48,336 nt of DNA, from the IMG/VR virus record IMGVR_UViG_2874968258_000013; one strand, written 5' to 3'. The position numbers were made by a program, and so were the translations under genes. The notes below the pieces were generated by a model, which had not been told where the DNA came from, did not search any database, and saw only the letters and a program-made list of their open reading frames with translations. Positions 1-10,709 of this stretch are shown here, piece after piece (the first letter of the stretch is position 1; each line of letters starts with the position of its first letter). Source of the DNA: a virus (lineage: Duplodnaviria; Heunggongvirae; Uroviricota; Caudoviricetes).

Positions 1-336
1 ATGGCAGAATCATTTGCAACAGGTTCCGATCATCAGGTTGTAAACGAGCTCAACGGGGAAAGACTGAGAGAACCTAACGAAGTTTTTAAACGTTTAGGTC
101 GAGCAATAAGATATAATTTTCAAGTGGACGATGCAAAATTTAGACGCGACAATGTAAAAGAAATAATTTCTAATTTATTCGCTAACAAAGTTGACGTTGA
201 CCATCCTGAAAATAAATACAAAGACTTTAAGGATCTCGAAGATAACGTTGAAAAAAGACTTCAAAATCGCCAGGCGAAATATCAAAATGAAATTAATCAA
301 CTATCTGCGCCAGGTGTTAATTTTGATGATATTTAA
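1..336 (+). CDS. yfdF: C-terminal part of an uncharacterized protein (YfdF-like); 5' end lies upstream of the window
   Basis: ORF open from window position 1; placement upstream of mlaA matches recalled K-12 order yfdF-mlaA-yfdC-argW (not verified). Confidence 0.4.
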   Translation: MAESFATGSDHQVVNELNGERLREPNEVFKRLGRAIRYNFQVDDAKFRRDNVKEIISNLFANKVDVDHPENKYKDFKDLEDNVEKRLQNRQAKYQNEINQLSAPGVNFDDI

Positions 337-475
337 AATTATTTTTCCAGTTTTTTGATTTTTCAACGCCTGAATATCGGAAATAGTCAGTGACGAACAT
401 CAGTATTTTTACATCATTACGTCCGGGTCATTGTCGGTTTATCTCCTTTTACTTGTGGTAATTGAGGGATAACAA

Positions 476-510
476 CAAAAAAGGTGAGTTTTGCGACTCA
501 CCTTTTTTAT
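476..510. terminator. bidirectional rho-independent terminator between convergent genes
   Basis: hairpin GGTGAGT-tttgcg-ACTCACC (483-502) flanked by A-run upstream and T-run downstream. Confidence 0.6.
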
Positions 511-517
511 TTGTTTC

Positions 518-1273
518 TTATTCAGAATCAATATCTTTTAAATCATCCTGAATCGCTTGTGCGTTCGGATTTTCCTGCGGTTTGAGTTCGCCGCCATTAG
601 CGATGAAATCATGACGCTGGAAGTACGCTTCGCGCACCATAATATAAGGATCGGACGACTGACGCAGCAGACCATCGGAATCCAGCAGCTGAGCGCGGGT
701 TTCGATCCCTTCAAGCGTCCATTTACCCACAGACATCGGCCAGGTCAGCCAGGAAAGAACCGGGTAAAGACCATCCGCCATATCACCACCGTCATCACGC
801 AGCGTGAAGCTACCGTAGAACGGTAACTGAACGTAAGGCCCATAACCCACGCCATAATGACCAAGCGTACTACCGAAGCGGTGAGGTTCAGTCCGTTGCA
901 GTTTCGGGTTCGCCATCCCTGCAACATCAATAAAGCCGCCCATCCCCAAAATGGTGTTCAGGAAAAAGCGGGTAAAGTGGACCATCCCCTGATAAGGGTC
1001 GCCCTGCAAGAAGTAGTTAACCATCACCGCAGGTTCTTCAAGGTTGCCAGTAAAGTTGCTCAAACCATTACGCGCCGGTTGCGGAACATAATCACGCCAG
1101 GCGACAGCGACCGGTCGAACAATATACGGGTCTAATACGTTGAAGTTGAAGTTGTACATGGTGCGGTTGAACCCTTCTAACGGGTCAGAACGCCCTTGCT
1201 GATCTGTACCGGAACTCGCACACCCCACCAGAAGCGTAGTTCCCAGAGCAAGCGCCGACAGGCGAAGCTTCAT
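518..1273 (-). CDS. mlaA: phospholipid-binding outer membrane lipoprotein MlaA (VacJ)
   Basis: 251-aa ORF with lipoprotein signal (LLVGCASS) and recalled MlaA sequence; expected neighbour of yfdC/argW. Confidence 0.88.
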   Translation of the reverse strand: MKLRLSALALGTTLLVGCASSGTDQQGRSDPLEGFNRTMYNFNFNVLDPYIVRPVAVAWRDYVPQPARNGLSNFTGNLEEPAVMVNYFLQGDPYQGMVHFTRFFLNTILGMGGFIDVAGMANPKLQRTEPHRFGSTLGHYGVGYGPYVQLPFYGSFTLRDDGGDMADGLYPVLSWLTWPMSVGKWTLEGIETRAQLLDSDGLLRQSSDPYIMVREAYFQRHDFIANGGELKPQENPNAQAIQDDLKDIDSE

Positions 1274-1566
1274 AAATGTCTCCCTGTTTTTTTATGGCTT
1301 ATGCAGTTTGCCATCCATGACGGAACGATACCGTATCCGCCTGTTTAGGTGTGGGCGATTGTAACAGCACGTCAACTGATGTCCAGACGCCCTGATTTGC
1401 TGATTTGATCATAGCCTGGTAATCGCCGCCCTGTAGGCTACTTGATTCTATAGAAACAGAAAAAGGCAAACGCAGCCTTTTCTACATTTTCAGAGTAACT
1501 CCCGCCAGTTGCGAGCAAAAAAGCCGCTACGCTTTAGCTATACGTGCTAATTCAAGAGAAGAGACC

Positions 1567-2499
1567 ATGGACAACGACAAAATTGATCAACACAGCGACG
1601 AAATTGAAGTTGAGAGCGAAGAAAAAGAGCGCGGCAAAAAAATAGAAATAGATGAAGACCGACTCCCCTCCCGGGCGATGGCAATTCATGAGCATATCCG
1701 CCAGGATGGTGAAAAAGAGCTGGAACGCGACGCAATGGCGCTACTGTGGTCAGCCATTGCGGCGGGTCTGTCGATGGGCGCTTCGTTACTGGCAAAAGGG
1801 ATATTTCATGTCGAACTGGAAGGTGTGCCGGGCAGCTTCTTACTGGAGAATCTCGGTTATACCTTTGGTTTTATTATCGTCATAATGGCCCGCCAGCAAT
1901 TATTTACCGAAAACACCGTGACTGCGGTACTACCCGTCATGCAAAAACCGACAATGAGCAACGTTGGCTTACTTATGCGGTTATGGGGAGTCGTGCTGCT
2001 GGGTAATATTCTCGGGACTGGTATTGCTGCGTGGGCATTTGAATATATGCCTATCTTCAATGAAGAAACTCGCGATGCATTTGTCAAAATCGGCATGGAT
2101 GTGATGAAGAACACCCCCAGCGAGATGTTTGCCAACGCGATCATTTCCGGCTGGCTGATCGCCACTATGGTATGGATGTTTCCTGCAGCAGGTGCGGCAA
2201 AGATTGTGGTGATTATATTGATGACCTGGCTTATTGCCCTAGGTGACACCACCCATATCGTGGTCGGTTCTGTTGAAATCCTCTATCTGGTGTTTAACGG
2301 TACGCTGCACTGGAGCGATTTCATCTGGCCCTTCGCACTACCTACTTTAGCGGGGAACATCTGCGGCGGCACCTTTATCTTCGCGTTAATGAGTCATGCA
2401 CAGATTCGTAACGACATGAGCAACAAGCGTAAAGCAGAAGCACGCCAAAAAGCAGAACGTGCGGAAAACATTAAGAAAAATGATAAAAACCCGGCATAA
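1567..2499 (+). CDS. yfdC: formate/nitrite transporter family inner membrane protein YfdC
   Basis: 310-aa ORF, multiple hydrophobic segments, recalled YfdC sequence; lies immediately upstream of argW as in K-12. Confidence 0.85.
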   Translation: MDNDKIDQHSDEIEVESEEKERGKKIEIDEDRLPSRAMAIHEHIRQDGEKELERDAMALLWSAIAAGLSMGASLLAKGIFHVELEGVPGSFLLENLGYTFGFIIVIMARQQLFTENTVTAVLPVMQKPTMSNVGLLMRLWGVVLLGNILGTGIAAWAFEYMPIFNEETRDAFVKIGMDVMKNTPSEMFANAIISGWLIATMVWMFPAAGAAKIVVIILMTWLIALGDTTHIVVGSVEILYLVFNGTLHWSDFIWPFALPTLAGNICGGTFIFALMSHAQIRNDMSNKRKAEARQKAERAENIKKNDKNPA

Positions 2500-2574
2500 A
2501 TGGCGAGGGTTTAAGCAATCAAGCGGCAGCGTACTTACCCCGCACTCCATTAGCGGGTATACTCATGCCGCATT

Positions 2575-2649
2575 GTCCTCTTAGTTAAATGGATATAACG
2601 AGCCCCTCCTAAGGGCTAATTGCAGGTTCGATTCCTGCAGGGGACACCA
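2575..2649 (+). tRNA. argW: tRNA-Arg (anticodon CCU)
   Basis: 75-nt sequence GTCCTCTTAGTTAAATGGATATAACGAGCCCCTCCTAAGGGCTAATTGCAGGTTCGATTCCTGCAGGGGACACCA read directly; anticodon loop CT-CCT-AA. Confidence 0.92.
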
Positions 2650-2810
2650 TTTATCAGTTCGCTCCCATCCGTACCAGTCCGCAAAATCCCCTGAATATCA
2701 AGCCTTCCGTATATTCACGGTTCGTCATGGTTCGCGTCAGATCGTTGACAGCCGCACTCCATGACGGGTAAAAAGTGGATAAAATAATTTTACCCACCGG
2801 ATTTTTACCC

Positions 2811-3968
2811 ATGCTCACCGTTAAGCAGATTGAAGCAGCAAAGCCGAAAGAAAAACCATACCGCCTTCTCGATGGTAATGGCCTGTACCTTTATGTTCCT
2901 GTATCCGGGAAAAAGGTATGGCAGCTTCGCTACAAGATTGACGGTAAGGAGAAAATCCTGACCGTCGGAAAATATCCGCTTATGACTTTGCAGGAAGCAA
3001 GGGATAAGGCATGGACTGCGAGGAAAGACATCTCGGTTGGCATCGTTCCGGTAAAGGCGAAAAAGGCTTCGTCTAACAACAATTCATTTAGTGCGATTTA
3101 CAAGGAATGGTACGAGCACAAGAAGCAAGTCTGGTCAGTAGGCTATGCAACTGAACTTGCCAAAATGTTTGATGACGACATTTTACCCATCATCGGCGGT
3201 CTTGAGATTCAGGATATTGAGCCGATGCAACTGCTGGAAGTAATCCGCAGATTTGAAGATCGCGGTGCAATGGAGCGAGCCAACAAAGCCCGCAGAAGAT
3301 GCGGCGAGGTTTTTCGTTACGCTATTGTCACCGGAAGGGCTAAATATAACCCGGCACCTGACCTTGCAGACGCCATGAAAGGATACCGCAAGAAGAACTT
3401 CCCGTTCCTTCCAGCAGACCAGATGCCTGCATTCAACAAAGCACTGGCAACATTTTCAGGAAGTATCGTATCGCTCATTGCGACCAAAGTTTTACGCTAC
3501 ACAGCCCTAAGAACAAAAGAGCTTCGTTCCATGCTATGGAAGAACGTCGATTTTGAAAACAGGATTATCACCATCGACGCCAGTGTGATGAAGGGACGCA
3601 AAATTCATGTGGTCCCGATGTCAGACCAGGTGGTTGAACTGCTCACTACGCTAAGCTCAATCACCAAACCAGTCTCAGAGTTTGTTTTTGCCGGGCGCAA
3701 CGATAAGAAGAAGCCAATCTGCGAGAACGCGGTATTGCTTGTGATCAAACAAATCGGCTATGAAGGTCTGGAAAGCGGTCACGGATTCAGGCATGAATTC
3801 AGCACGATTATGAACGAGCACGAATGGCCTGCTGACGCTATTGAAGTGCAGCTGGCACATGCCAACGGCGGATCTGTGCGCGGTATTTACAACCATGCTC
3901 AGTATCTCGATAAGCGCAGAGAAATGATGCAGTGGTGGGCGGATTGGCTTGATGAAAAAGTGGAGTAA
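2811..3968 (+). CDS. intS: P4-type tyrosine integrase (CPS-53/KpLE1 IntS-like)
   Basis: 385 aa from MLTVKQIEAAKPKEKPYRL; directly downstream of argW; ORF-track start at 2775 is probably upstream of the true ATG. Confidence 0.88.
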   Translation: MLTVKQIEAAKPKEKPYRLLDGNGLYLYVPVSGKKVWQLRYKIDGKEKILTVGKYPLMTLQEARDKAWTARKDISVGIVPVKAKKASSNNNSFSAIYKEWYEHKKQVWSVGYATELAKMFDDDILPIIGGLEIQDIEPMQLLEVIRRFEDRGAMERANKARRRCGEVFRYAIVTGRAKYNPAPDLADAMKGYRKKNFPFLPADQMPAFNKALATFSGSIVSLIATKVLRYTALRTKELRSMLWKNVDFENRIITIDASVMKGRKIHVVPMSDQVVELLTTLSSITKPVSEFVFAGRNDKKKPICENAVLLVIKQIGYEGLESGHGFRHEFSTIMNEHEWPADAIEVQLAHANGGSVRGIYNHAQYLDKRREMMQWWADWLDEKVE

Positions 3969-4120
3969 TCCGGACCGTACTTCTTTATCCAGGCATAAAG
4001 GCTGTGGGTAGTGATATCGAGACGTGTTGCAACGCTGGCAACAGAATAACCGCGATCAACAACCTGTTTGACTGCTTCAGTTTTAAACTCTTCGGGATAA
4101 CGCTTACCGCTCATGGGCAC
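3969..4120 (-). pseudogene. IS3-family transposase OrfA N-terminal fragment (about 50 aa)
   Basis: MSGKRYPEEFKTEAVKQVVDRGYSVASVATRLDITTHSLYAWIKKYGPD helix-turn-helix motif; similarity ends at the int stop codon. Confidence 0.55.
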
Positions 4121-4180
4121 CTCTCTTTAAGCCATCTTAAATGACTCTGAGGTGTCTGTTAAACCCGTGGCGATTCAAAA

Positions 4181-4630
4181 CTGCGTGTTACGTTCGCCCT
4201 GGACTGTTGCGATCGTGAAGCCATAGACTGGGCCGCAAGCACGGGAGGTTACGATAAAGCGACAGTGCAGGATGTCATGTTAGGAGCGATAGAAAAACGC
4301 TTTGGCGATAAAGTACCGGAACAGTCCATCCAGTGGCTGACAGATAACGGTTCAGCGTATAGAGCGCATGAAACACGGCAGTTCGCCAGAGAGTTGAATC
4401 TGGAGCCCTGCACAACGGCAATCAGCAGTCCTCAGAGTAATGGAATGGCAGAAAGGTTCGTGAAAACGATGAAGGAAGACTACATCGCGTTCATGCCGAA
4501 ACCGAATGTAAGAACGGCATTGCATAATCTTGCAGTGGCGATCGAACATTACAATGAAAACCATCCGCACAGTGCGCTGGGTTATCGCTCTCCGCGAGAA
4601 TATCGACGTCAGCGGGTAACGTTAACTTAA
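4181..4630 (+). pseudogene. IS2-like transposase OrfB C-terminal fragment (DDE domain 3' half)
   Basis: frame opens with [13 protein letters not shown]..., colinear with C-terminal half of IS2 InsD; no N-terminal half present. Confidence 0.6.
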
Positions 4631-4671
4631 GATACACCCCCTGTCTGGAAATAAGGGGGCAAGAACAATGA

Positions 4672-5414
4672 TCAGATTCCCTGGTGAGTAAGAATTTTAC
4701 TTTCTGAACTCCTCTGAGAGTATTGACTTGGAGAAACACCAAAATAACGTCTAAATACATAAGTAAAGTATGAGACACTGGCATAACCACAGACCTTAGC
4801 TACTTTACTAATAGGATAACAACGAGTGCTGAGTAAATATTCAGCCATTTGCATCCTCTCATCAAGTATGATCTTACTGAATGATACCCCCTCTTCTTTC
4901 AATTTCATCTTTAGTAAACTTTCGCTGAGATATAATCTTGATGATATATCCTTAAGACGCCATGGTGCAGATAAATCCGTATGAATAATCGTTTTAACTT
5001 TAGCCCTGTGCTTTTCAAACATCCAAACAGAAATACTCCAAATTGTTTTTCAGAAGAAAATGCAGAGAGACATGTAAAAGCAATAGACTCATCAAAAATT
5101 TCTATGTATTCAGCACAGTGATTAGCCCAACTAATTAATCCTTTAATTAAACTGAAGTCAGCAAAGTTTATTTTTAAATAAGATGGATATTCCCTACAAT
5201 CAGAAATATCCCTTAAGTTATTAGCTTTCAAATAGCGACTAATAAACTCAGCGCCAAAATCCGCCACTATCACTCTTTCAGGATATGTCAGGAAAAAATC
5301 TCTAGAGCTAGAGTCGACAAGTACAGATGAACCTCTCTCCAGAAACACACTCTCTTTTCCGAAATAAACATCAAAGGACTCCAAAATCAATATAACTGAA
5401 CATGTAGTTGCCAT
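4672..5414 (-). pseudogene. AraC-family transcriptional regulator (AppY/EnvY-like), frameshifted
   Basis: N-terminal ORF (4911-5423) and C-terminal HTH ORF (4672-5022) are in different frames and overlap; AT-rich. Confidence 0.55.
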
Positions 5415-5444
5415 ATCATCCACCCAATTGGTAATGACTCCAAC

Positions 5445-5948
5445 TTATTGATAGTGTTTTATGTTCAGATAATGCCCGATGACTTTGTCATGCAGCTCCA
5501 CCGATTTTGAGAACGACAGCGACTTCCGTCCCAGCCGTGCCAGGTGCTGCCTCAGATTCAGGTTATGCCGCTCAATTCGCTGCGTATATCGCTTGCTGAT
5601 TACGTGCAGCTTTCCCTTCAGGCGGGATTCATACAGCGGCCAGCCATCCGTCATCCATATCACCACGTCAAAGGGTGACAGCAGGCTCATAAGACGCCCC
5701 AGCGTCGCCATAGTGCGTTCACCGAATACGTGCGCAACAACCGTCTTCCGGAGACTGTCATACGCGTAAAACAGCCAGCGCTGGCGCGATTTAGCCCCGA
5801 CATAGCCCCACTGTTCGTCCATTTCCGCGCAGACGATGACGTCACTGCCCGGCTGTATGCGCGAGGTTACCGACTGCGGCCTGAGTTTTTTAAGTGACGT
5901 AAAATCGTGTTGAGGCCAACGCCCATAATGCGTGCTGTTGCCCGGCAT
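5445..5948 (-). CDS. insB: IS1 InsB (expressed as InsAB' by frameshifting)
   Basis: 167-aa ORF within IS1, overlapping insA. Confidence 0.9.
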
Positions 5949-6142
5949 CCAACGCCATTCATGGCCATATCAATGATTTTCTGGTGCGTACCGGGTTGAG
6001 AAGCGGTGTAAGTGAACTGCAGTTGCCATGTTTTACGGCAGTGAGAGCAGAGATAGCGCTGATGTCCGGCAGTGCTTTTGCCGTTACGCACCACCCCGTC
6101 AGTAGCTGAACAGGAGGGACAGCTGATAGAAACAGAAGCCAC
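5867..6142 (-). CDS. insA: IS1 InsA
   Basis: 91-aa [21 protein letters not shown]... within IS1. Confidence 0.92.
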
Positions 6143-6830
6143 TGGAGCACCTCAAAAACACCATCATACACTAAATCAGTAAGTTGGCAGCATCACCAGC
6201 CTTCTTGAGGCTACCACCTGTTTTCAGGTGTCATTCAGACGTGATTTGCCCCAGATTGGGAAAGCACGCTTTTTTCTCAGCTATCGTCCTCTTATTTTGC
6301 CGTTACATTTCTTTTTGCACTCTAATGATTAATTTACAATAATAATATCGGTAATTATTGAGTAATAATAAATTGATTATTGCAAATGTAATTTAATTCC
6401 ATCTTCGCGTTATATTCCAATCTTTAATCTCCGCATGGAACAAGTTGCATGCGTGACTATATTAAGACAACTTATAACCACCAAAACATTTGCTTTGCAA
6501 GCAAAAACAGTGACCATTGACTCTAAGAAAATTCCGATCTATTGTTAGGGTCATCAAAGTTACTTAACAGTATTCCGAAATGAAAATACAAAGCAAGCTA
6601 ATTGTCTTATTAAACATTATTATTGCATTTATATTATTTGAGCTTTTAGCTCAAAAATTTGGTTTGAGTACATTATTTTAAAGCAAGATAAACAATATCG
6701 GGCACTCTAGTTTTTATAATTAACAATTAAACGTCCATAAAATGTTATTTACTTTTCTTCGCTATTGTCATATCTTAATATAGTGGCTTACGCCACTCTA
6801 CTTTCATCACATTTTGTACGTTTATGTACT

Positions 6831-6860
6831 CGCCATGAAGCTCTTTCATGGCGATTTTTT
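6831..6860 (+). terminator. rho-independent terminator-like hairpin in AT-rich spacer
   Basis: CGCCATGAA-gctct-TTCATGGCG followed by ATTTTTT. Confidence 0.5.
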
Positions 6861-6946
6861 ATTCTTAATCCAAGAACATACTCCCTACCTATAGCAAAAT
6901 CACTTTTTTAACAAAAGAATAACGTATTTAGGTAATCATTACGAAT

Positions 6947-7528
6947 TTACCCTATAGGTGCTACTGGCCATTCAATATCCGGTGCAGTTGATGTATCAAC
7001 ACGGTTCAGCAACACCCGATACTTTTTCCAGGCTTCCAGCAACAAGGTTTCTTTCTCCGTTGCGATCTCCAGATCCACAGCATCCTGAAGCGGCGCTATA
7101 TGCTCACTGGCTACCTGCATCAGGCTGTTTTTTGTTTCTTCCGCCTCCCGGATCCGGAACAGTTTTTCTGCTTCCGTATCCTTCACCCAGGCTGTGCCGT
7201 TCCACTTCTGAAACTCCCCTTCCGGGGATAACCAGGTGACATTTTCCGGTAATGAGCCGAGTTCAGAAATAAATAACGCGTCGCCGGAAGCCACGTCATA
7301 AACCGTTTTACCCCGATGATCTTCAACGAGATGCCACGATGACTCATCACTGTTGAAAACAGCCACGAAACCAGCCGGAATATCTGGCGGTGCAATATCG
7401 GTACTGTTTGCAGGCAGACCTGTATGAGGCGGAATATATGCGTCACCTTCACCAATAAATTCATTAGTTCCGGCCAGCAGGTTATAAATTTTTATGGTCC
7501 GTGCTTGTTCACTCATTCTGAATGCCAT
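6947..7528 (-). CDS. tfa: tail fiber assembly protein
   Basis: 193 aa, [22 protein letters not shown] typical Tfa N-terminus; follows stf. Confidence 0.85.
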   Translation of the reverse strand: MAFRMSEQARTIKIYNLLAGTNEFIGEGDAYIPPHTGLPANSTDIAPPDIPAGFVAVFNSDESSWHLVEDHRGKTVYDVASGDALFISELGSLPENVTWLSPEGEFQKWNGTAWVKDTEAEKLFRIREAEETKNSLMQVASEHIAPLQDAVDLEIATEKETLLLEAWKKYRVLLNRVDTSTAPDIEWPVAPIG

Positions 7529-10500
7529 TATGCGAGCCTCACAATATAGTTAAATGCGATGTTTTTGACGGTGTTTTCCGCGTTACCAGCAGCGTTAACG
7601 GTGATGGTGTGTCCATGTGAACCAATCGCAACAGAGTGCGTATGAGCACCAATACCGACAGTATGCGCGTGTGCACCCGCAGATGCTGCTGTGCCGGACA
7701 GTGAGTGTGTATGGTTTCCTTCTGAAGATGATTTACCTACCCATTGGGAGGTGCCACTGGTTAATGAGCCACTGATACCAACCTGATTAGTCCCGCTAAC
7801 TTGAGTACTCCCTGCCGGAAACATTCCAGTAGGTTGACTCCCGCTATTCGTTCTGGGCCCAGTCTGACTATGTTGGTGGGCCCCAGCTGAACTTGTAGAG
7901 CCGCTCAGACTGTGCGTATGCGCCCCGGTGTTATTCGTGGATTTAGTGCCGTAATCAAACGACGATGTGGTTTTCGTCCCCAAATCCGTACTGGATGCGC
8001 TGGCGCTGTGGGTGTGCGATTTAATGCCATCCTGTTCCTGAGACAATACGGCACGACCACTGGCGGGCTTGCCCTTAATCGTCCAGCCACGCATATCAGG
8101 GATCACGCCTGACGGATAAGCGGCTGCAAGTTTCGGGTAAGCAGATTTGTCAAAAGTCTGCCCCTGCATCAGGGCATAACCAGACGGAACGGTATCTGAT
8201 GGCCACGGGATTGGTGCACCGACTGGATAAAACTCTGCAGGAGGATGAGCCGAGGTGTAAAGCTGCGCCCACGGCGACCAGTTTGCGTCGGTCGTATCCC
8301 GTCGTGAACGAATAAATGCCGGAGCATGAGCACCGCTTGTACCACTCCAGCCGATGAGTAACTCACCTTCGCCAACGGCTGTCATCCCTTTCAGGTGAAT
8401 GATATTTCCATACGCTGTTGGATATCCGTTGTTATACACCTCGTATAACTCAAGACCTGCTGCCCCCTGCGTATTGTCTGTCAGCGCGGCTACCCGACCT
8501 TTTGAAGCCAGATTAACTGATGATACTGCTGTTCCACCTGACGGTAGCGCCCCGATCTCTGATGCCGTTGGCTTATTTCTGGAGTTATAGTCCCTTCGCC
8601 AGCCAGGTGAATAATCTGTTCCGTGATTAATATAGGTAAACTGGGCGTTGGTTGTTCCGCCACCGCTGGATGTGGTCGGAGTGGTAATGCGGATCGTCAT
8701 CGCTGACTTTATCCCCATTACTTCAATGACAGCTCCGGCGAGATGAATATTACCGCAGCCAGTATCAGTAATGATTTTATTATTGCCATAAGACCAGGAA
8801 CCCTTGCACATCCAGTATGGATGGTTAAATGCTCCCTGAGAATCCAGCCACTCGATAAACTGTGCAGTCGTCCAGTTTCCTGTTGTTGTGCTTACTGACC
8901 CACCGAAGGCACGGCAGGCACCAATATTTTTCGTAAAGGTGTCTTTGCCAGGGATATCCGCACCGTTCTGATCTTTCTGCAGACGTTTCTCAGCATTGTC
9001 ATTGGCTGCTTTTACTGCCTTTGGCGTTGCCGCCAGCGTTTCAGACGTGCTGTTGGTCGCGCTGCTTAGCTGGATTATCCCTTTCTGTGCTGTCGTTGCA
9101 TCCTGTGCGGTGTATTTCCCGTTAGCCAGGTCATACGCGGCCTTAACGGCTTTTGGTGTTGCCGCCAGTGACTCGGAAGTGCTGTTAGTCGCACTACTGA
9201 GCTGTACTATCCCCTTTTTCGTCGTGCTCGCATCCTCAAGCGCCACGGCGGATGCAATATCCTCTGCCCGTTTTGCCGCTGTCTCAGCGCGCGTTGCTGC
9301 AGATTCCGCCGTACTTTTGCTCTGAGCTGCTGCCGTCGCACTACCAGCAGCCTCTGTCGCCTTCGTGGATGCCGTCGTGGCGCTGCCCTTCGCTGCTGAC
9401 GCCTGTCTGGTCGCCTCATCTTTTGAAGCAGACGCCGATGATGCCGATGACGCCGCCGAACTGGCGGACGATGCGGCAGCCGTTTTTGAGGATTCTGCAC
9501 GGGTTTCCGACGCTTTCGCGTTCGTTTCGGATGTCTTCGCTGCGGAAGCTGACCTCGCTGCTGCCGTGGCCTGCTCAGTGGCTTCGCCAGCCTTCGTTGT
9601 GGCTGTTGAAGCGGATGATGCGGCGCTTTCTGCCGATTTTCCGGCGGCGGTGGCACTGGCTGAGGCCTGCCCGGCACTTGTTGACGCGGCGCTGGCAGAC
9701 GACGCAGCCGCTGTTTTTGAGCCTGCCGCAGCTGAGGCACTCTGTCCCGCTGCCGTTTCAGAAGACCTGGCGTTCGTCTCGGACGTTTTGGCCGCCTTCG
9801 CAGAATTTGCAGCCGCCGTCGCCGAGGAAGCTGCGCTACTGGCGCTTGATGATGCGTTCGTTTCTGATGATTTTGCCGCCTCTTTTGAAGCCGACGCATC
9901 CCGGGCTGAGGTGGCAGCTTCTGACGCTTTCGTGGTCGCGGTGGATGCAGAAGTGGCTGCTGATTGTTGTGACGCTGCCGCATTCGTTTCTAACGTTTTC
10001 GCCGCACCGGCACTGGTAGCCGCCGCGCTTTTTGAGGACTCTGCAGCGGCAGCACTTTTTGAGGCTTCAGTGGCCTTTGTTGATGCCGTTCCTGCGCTGG
10101 AAGACGCTGACTGAGCCGACGAAGCGGCCTGTCCGGCTGACGTGCTGGCTGCACGTGCTGAATCTGCAGCATCAGTCGCATGGGTTGCCGCCTCACGGGC
10201 TGATGTGCTGGCATCGCTGGCTGATTTCTTCGCGGCTGCCGTGTTCTGTGCCACCGCGGACGCGTTACGCGCCACCTCTTCCACCATCAGCTCAAAACGG
10301 CGCAGTGCCTCCGGACGGGCATCATCCTCCGTCATGGCACCGAGAAAATCATTCAGCGTACCGGGTCGGGAATCTTCATACACGGTGATGGTCCCGGCAT
10401 GTGACGGCGGGAATCCTTCCACCAACAGAATAACGCTGTACTGACCGTACTCAACGTCCATGCTGTAACGCCCGGCTTCATCCGGATTTTCTGAGGCCAG

Positions 10501-10611
10501 CGTGTTCACCACCACCGTGGTGCTGTTACGTTTTGCTTTCAGCTGGATTGTGCAGTTCTGTACCGGTTTTCCTGTGCCGTCTTTCAGTACACCTGAAATC
10601 TTTACTGCCAT
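7528..10611 (-). CDS. stf: side tail fiber protein (lambda Stf-like) with Ala/Ser-rich repeats
   Basis: about 1027 aa from [26 protein letters not shown]; conserved [26 protein letters not shown] motif duplicated; C-terminal His/Ser-rich region. Confidence 0.85.
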   Translation of the reverse strand: MAVKISGVLKDGTGKPVQNCTIQLKAKRNSTTVVVNTLASENPDEAGRYSMDVEYGQYSVILLVEGFPPSHAGTITVYEDSRPGTLNDFLGAMTEDDARPEALRRFELMVEEVARNASAVAQNTAAAKKSASDASTSAREAATHATDAADSARAASTSAGQAASSAQSASSSAGTASTKATEASKSAAAAESSKSAAATSAGAAKTLETNAAASQQSAATSASTATTKASEAATSARDASASKEAAKSSETNASSSASSAASSATAAANSAKAAKTSETNARSSETAAGQSASAAAGSKTAAASSASAASTSAGQASASATAAGKSAESAASSASTATTKAGEATEQATAAARSASAAKTSETNAKASETRAESSKTAAASSASSAASSASSASASKDEATRQASAAKGSATTASTKATEAAGSATAAAQSKSTAESAATRAETAAKRAEDIASAVALEDASTTKKGIVQLSSATNSTSESLAATPKAVKAAYDLANGKYTAQDATTAQKGIIQLSSATNSTSETLAATPKAVKAANDNAEKRLQKDQNGADIPGKDTFTKNIGACRAFGGSVSTTTGNWTTAQFIEWLDSQGAFNHPYWMCKGSWSYGNNKIITDTGCGNIHLAGAVIEVMGIKSAMTIRITTPTTSSGGGTTNAQFTYINHGTDYSPGWRRDYNSRNKPTASEIGALPSGGTAVSSVNLASKGRVAALTDNTQGAAGLELYEVYNNGYPTAYGNIIHLKGMTAVGEGELLIGWSGTSGAHAPAFIRSRRDTTDANWSPWAQLYTSAHPPAEFYPVGAPIPWPSDTVPSGYALMQGQTFDKSAYPKLAAAYPSGVIPDMRGWTIKGKPASGRAVLSQEQDGIKSHTHSASASSTDLGTKTTSSFDYGTKSTNNTGAHTHSLSGSTSSAGAHQHSQTGPRTNSGSQPTGMFPAGSTQVSGTNQVGISGSLTSGTSQWVGKSSSEGNHTHSLSGTAASAGAHAHTVGIGAHTHSVAIGSHGHTITVNAAGNAENTVKNIAFNYIVRLA

Positions 10612-10709
10612 ATTCACCCCACAAAAAAGCCCGCCTGAACCGGCGGGCTGTCATAACACTGTGTTACCTGGCTAATCAGAATTTATAACCGACACCCACG
10701 ATGAAACCG

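Larger units (their letters stand above)
3969..4670. mobile_element. IS3-family (IS2-group-like) remnant, rearranged fragments
   Basis: orfA N-terminal fragment on minus strand and orfB C-terminal half on plus strand, roughly 65 percent identical to IS2 InsD by eye; boundaries approximate. Confidence 0.55.
5430..6197 (-). mobile_element. IS1 copy 1 (768 bp)
   Basis: terminal repeats GGTAATGACTCCAACTTATTGAT (5430-5452) and rc of GGTGATGCTGCCAACTTACTGAT (6175-6197); no matching target duplication. Confidence 0.95.

Noticed and set aside
5959-6171. 70-aa ORF ([10 protein letters not shown]...) and 96-aa ORF ([10 protein letters not shown]...) recurring in every IS1 copy
   Set aside because: Alternate or antisense frames inside IS1 insA/insB; not known IS1 products.
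9207-10114. Several 250-aa ORFs (Pro/Arg-rich or Ala/Asp-rich) on both strands
   Set aside because: Alternate and antisense frames of the GC-rich Ala/Ser repeat region of stf; low complexity, no independent support.
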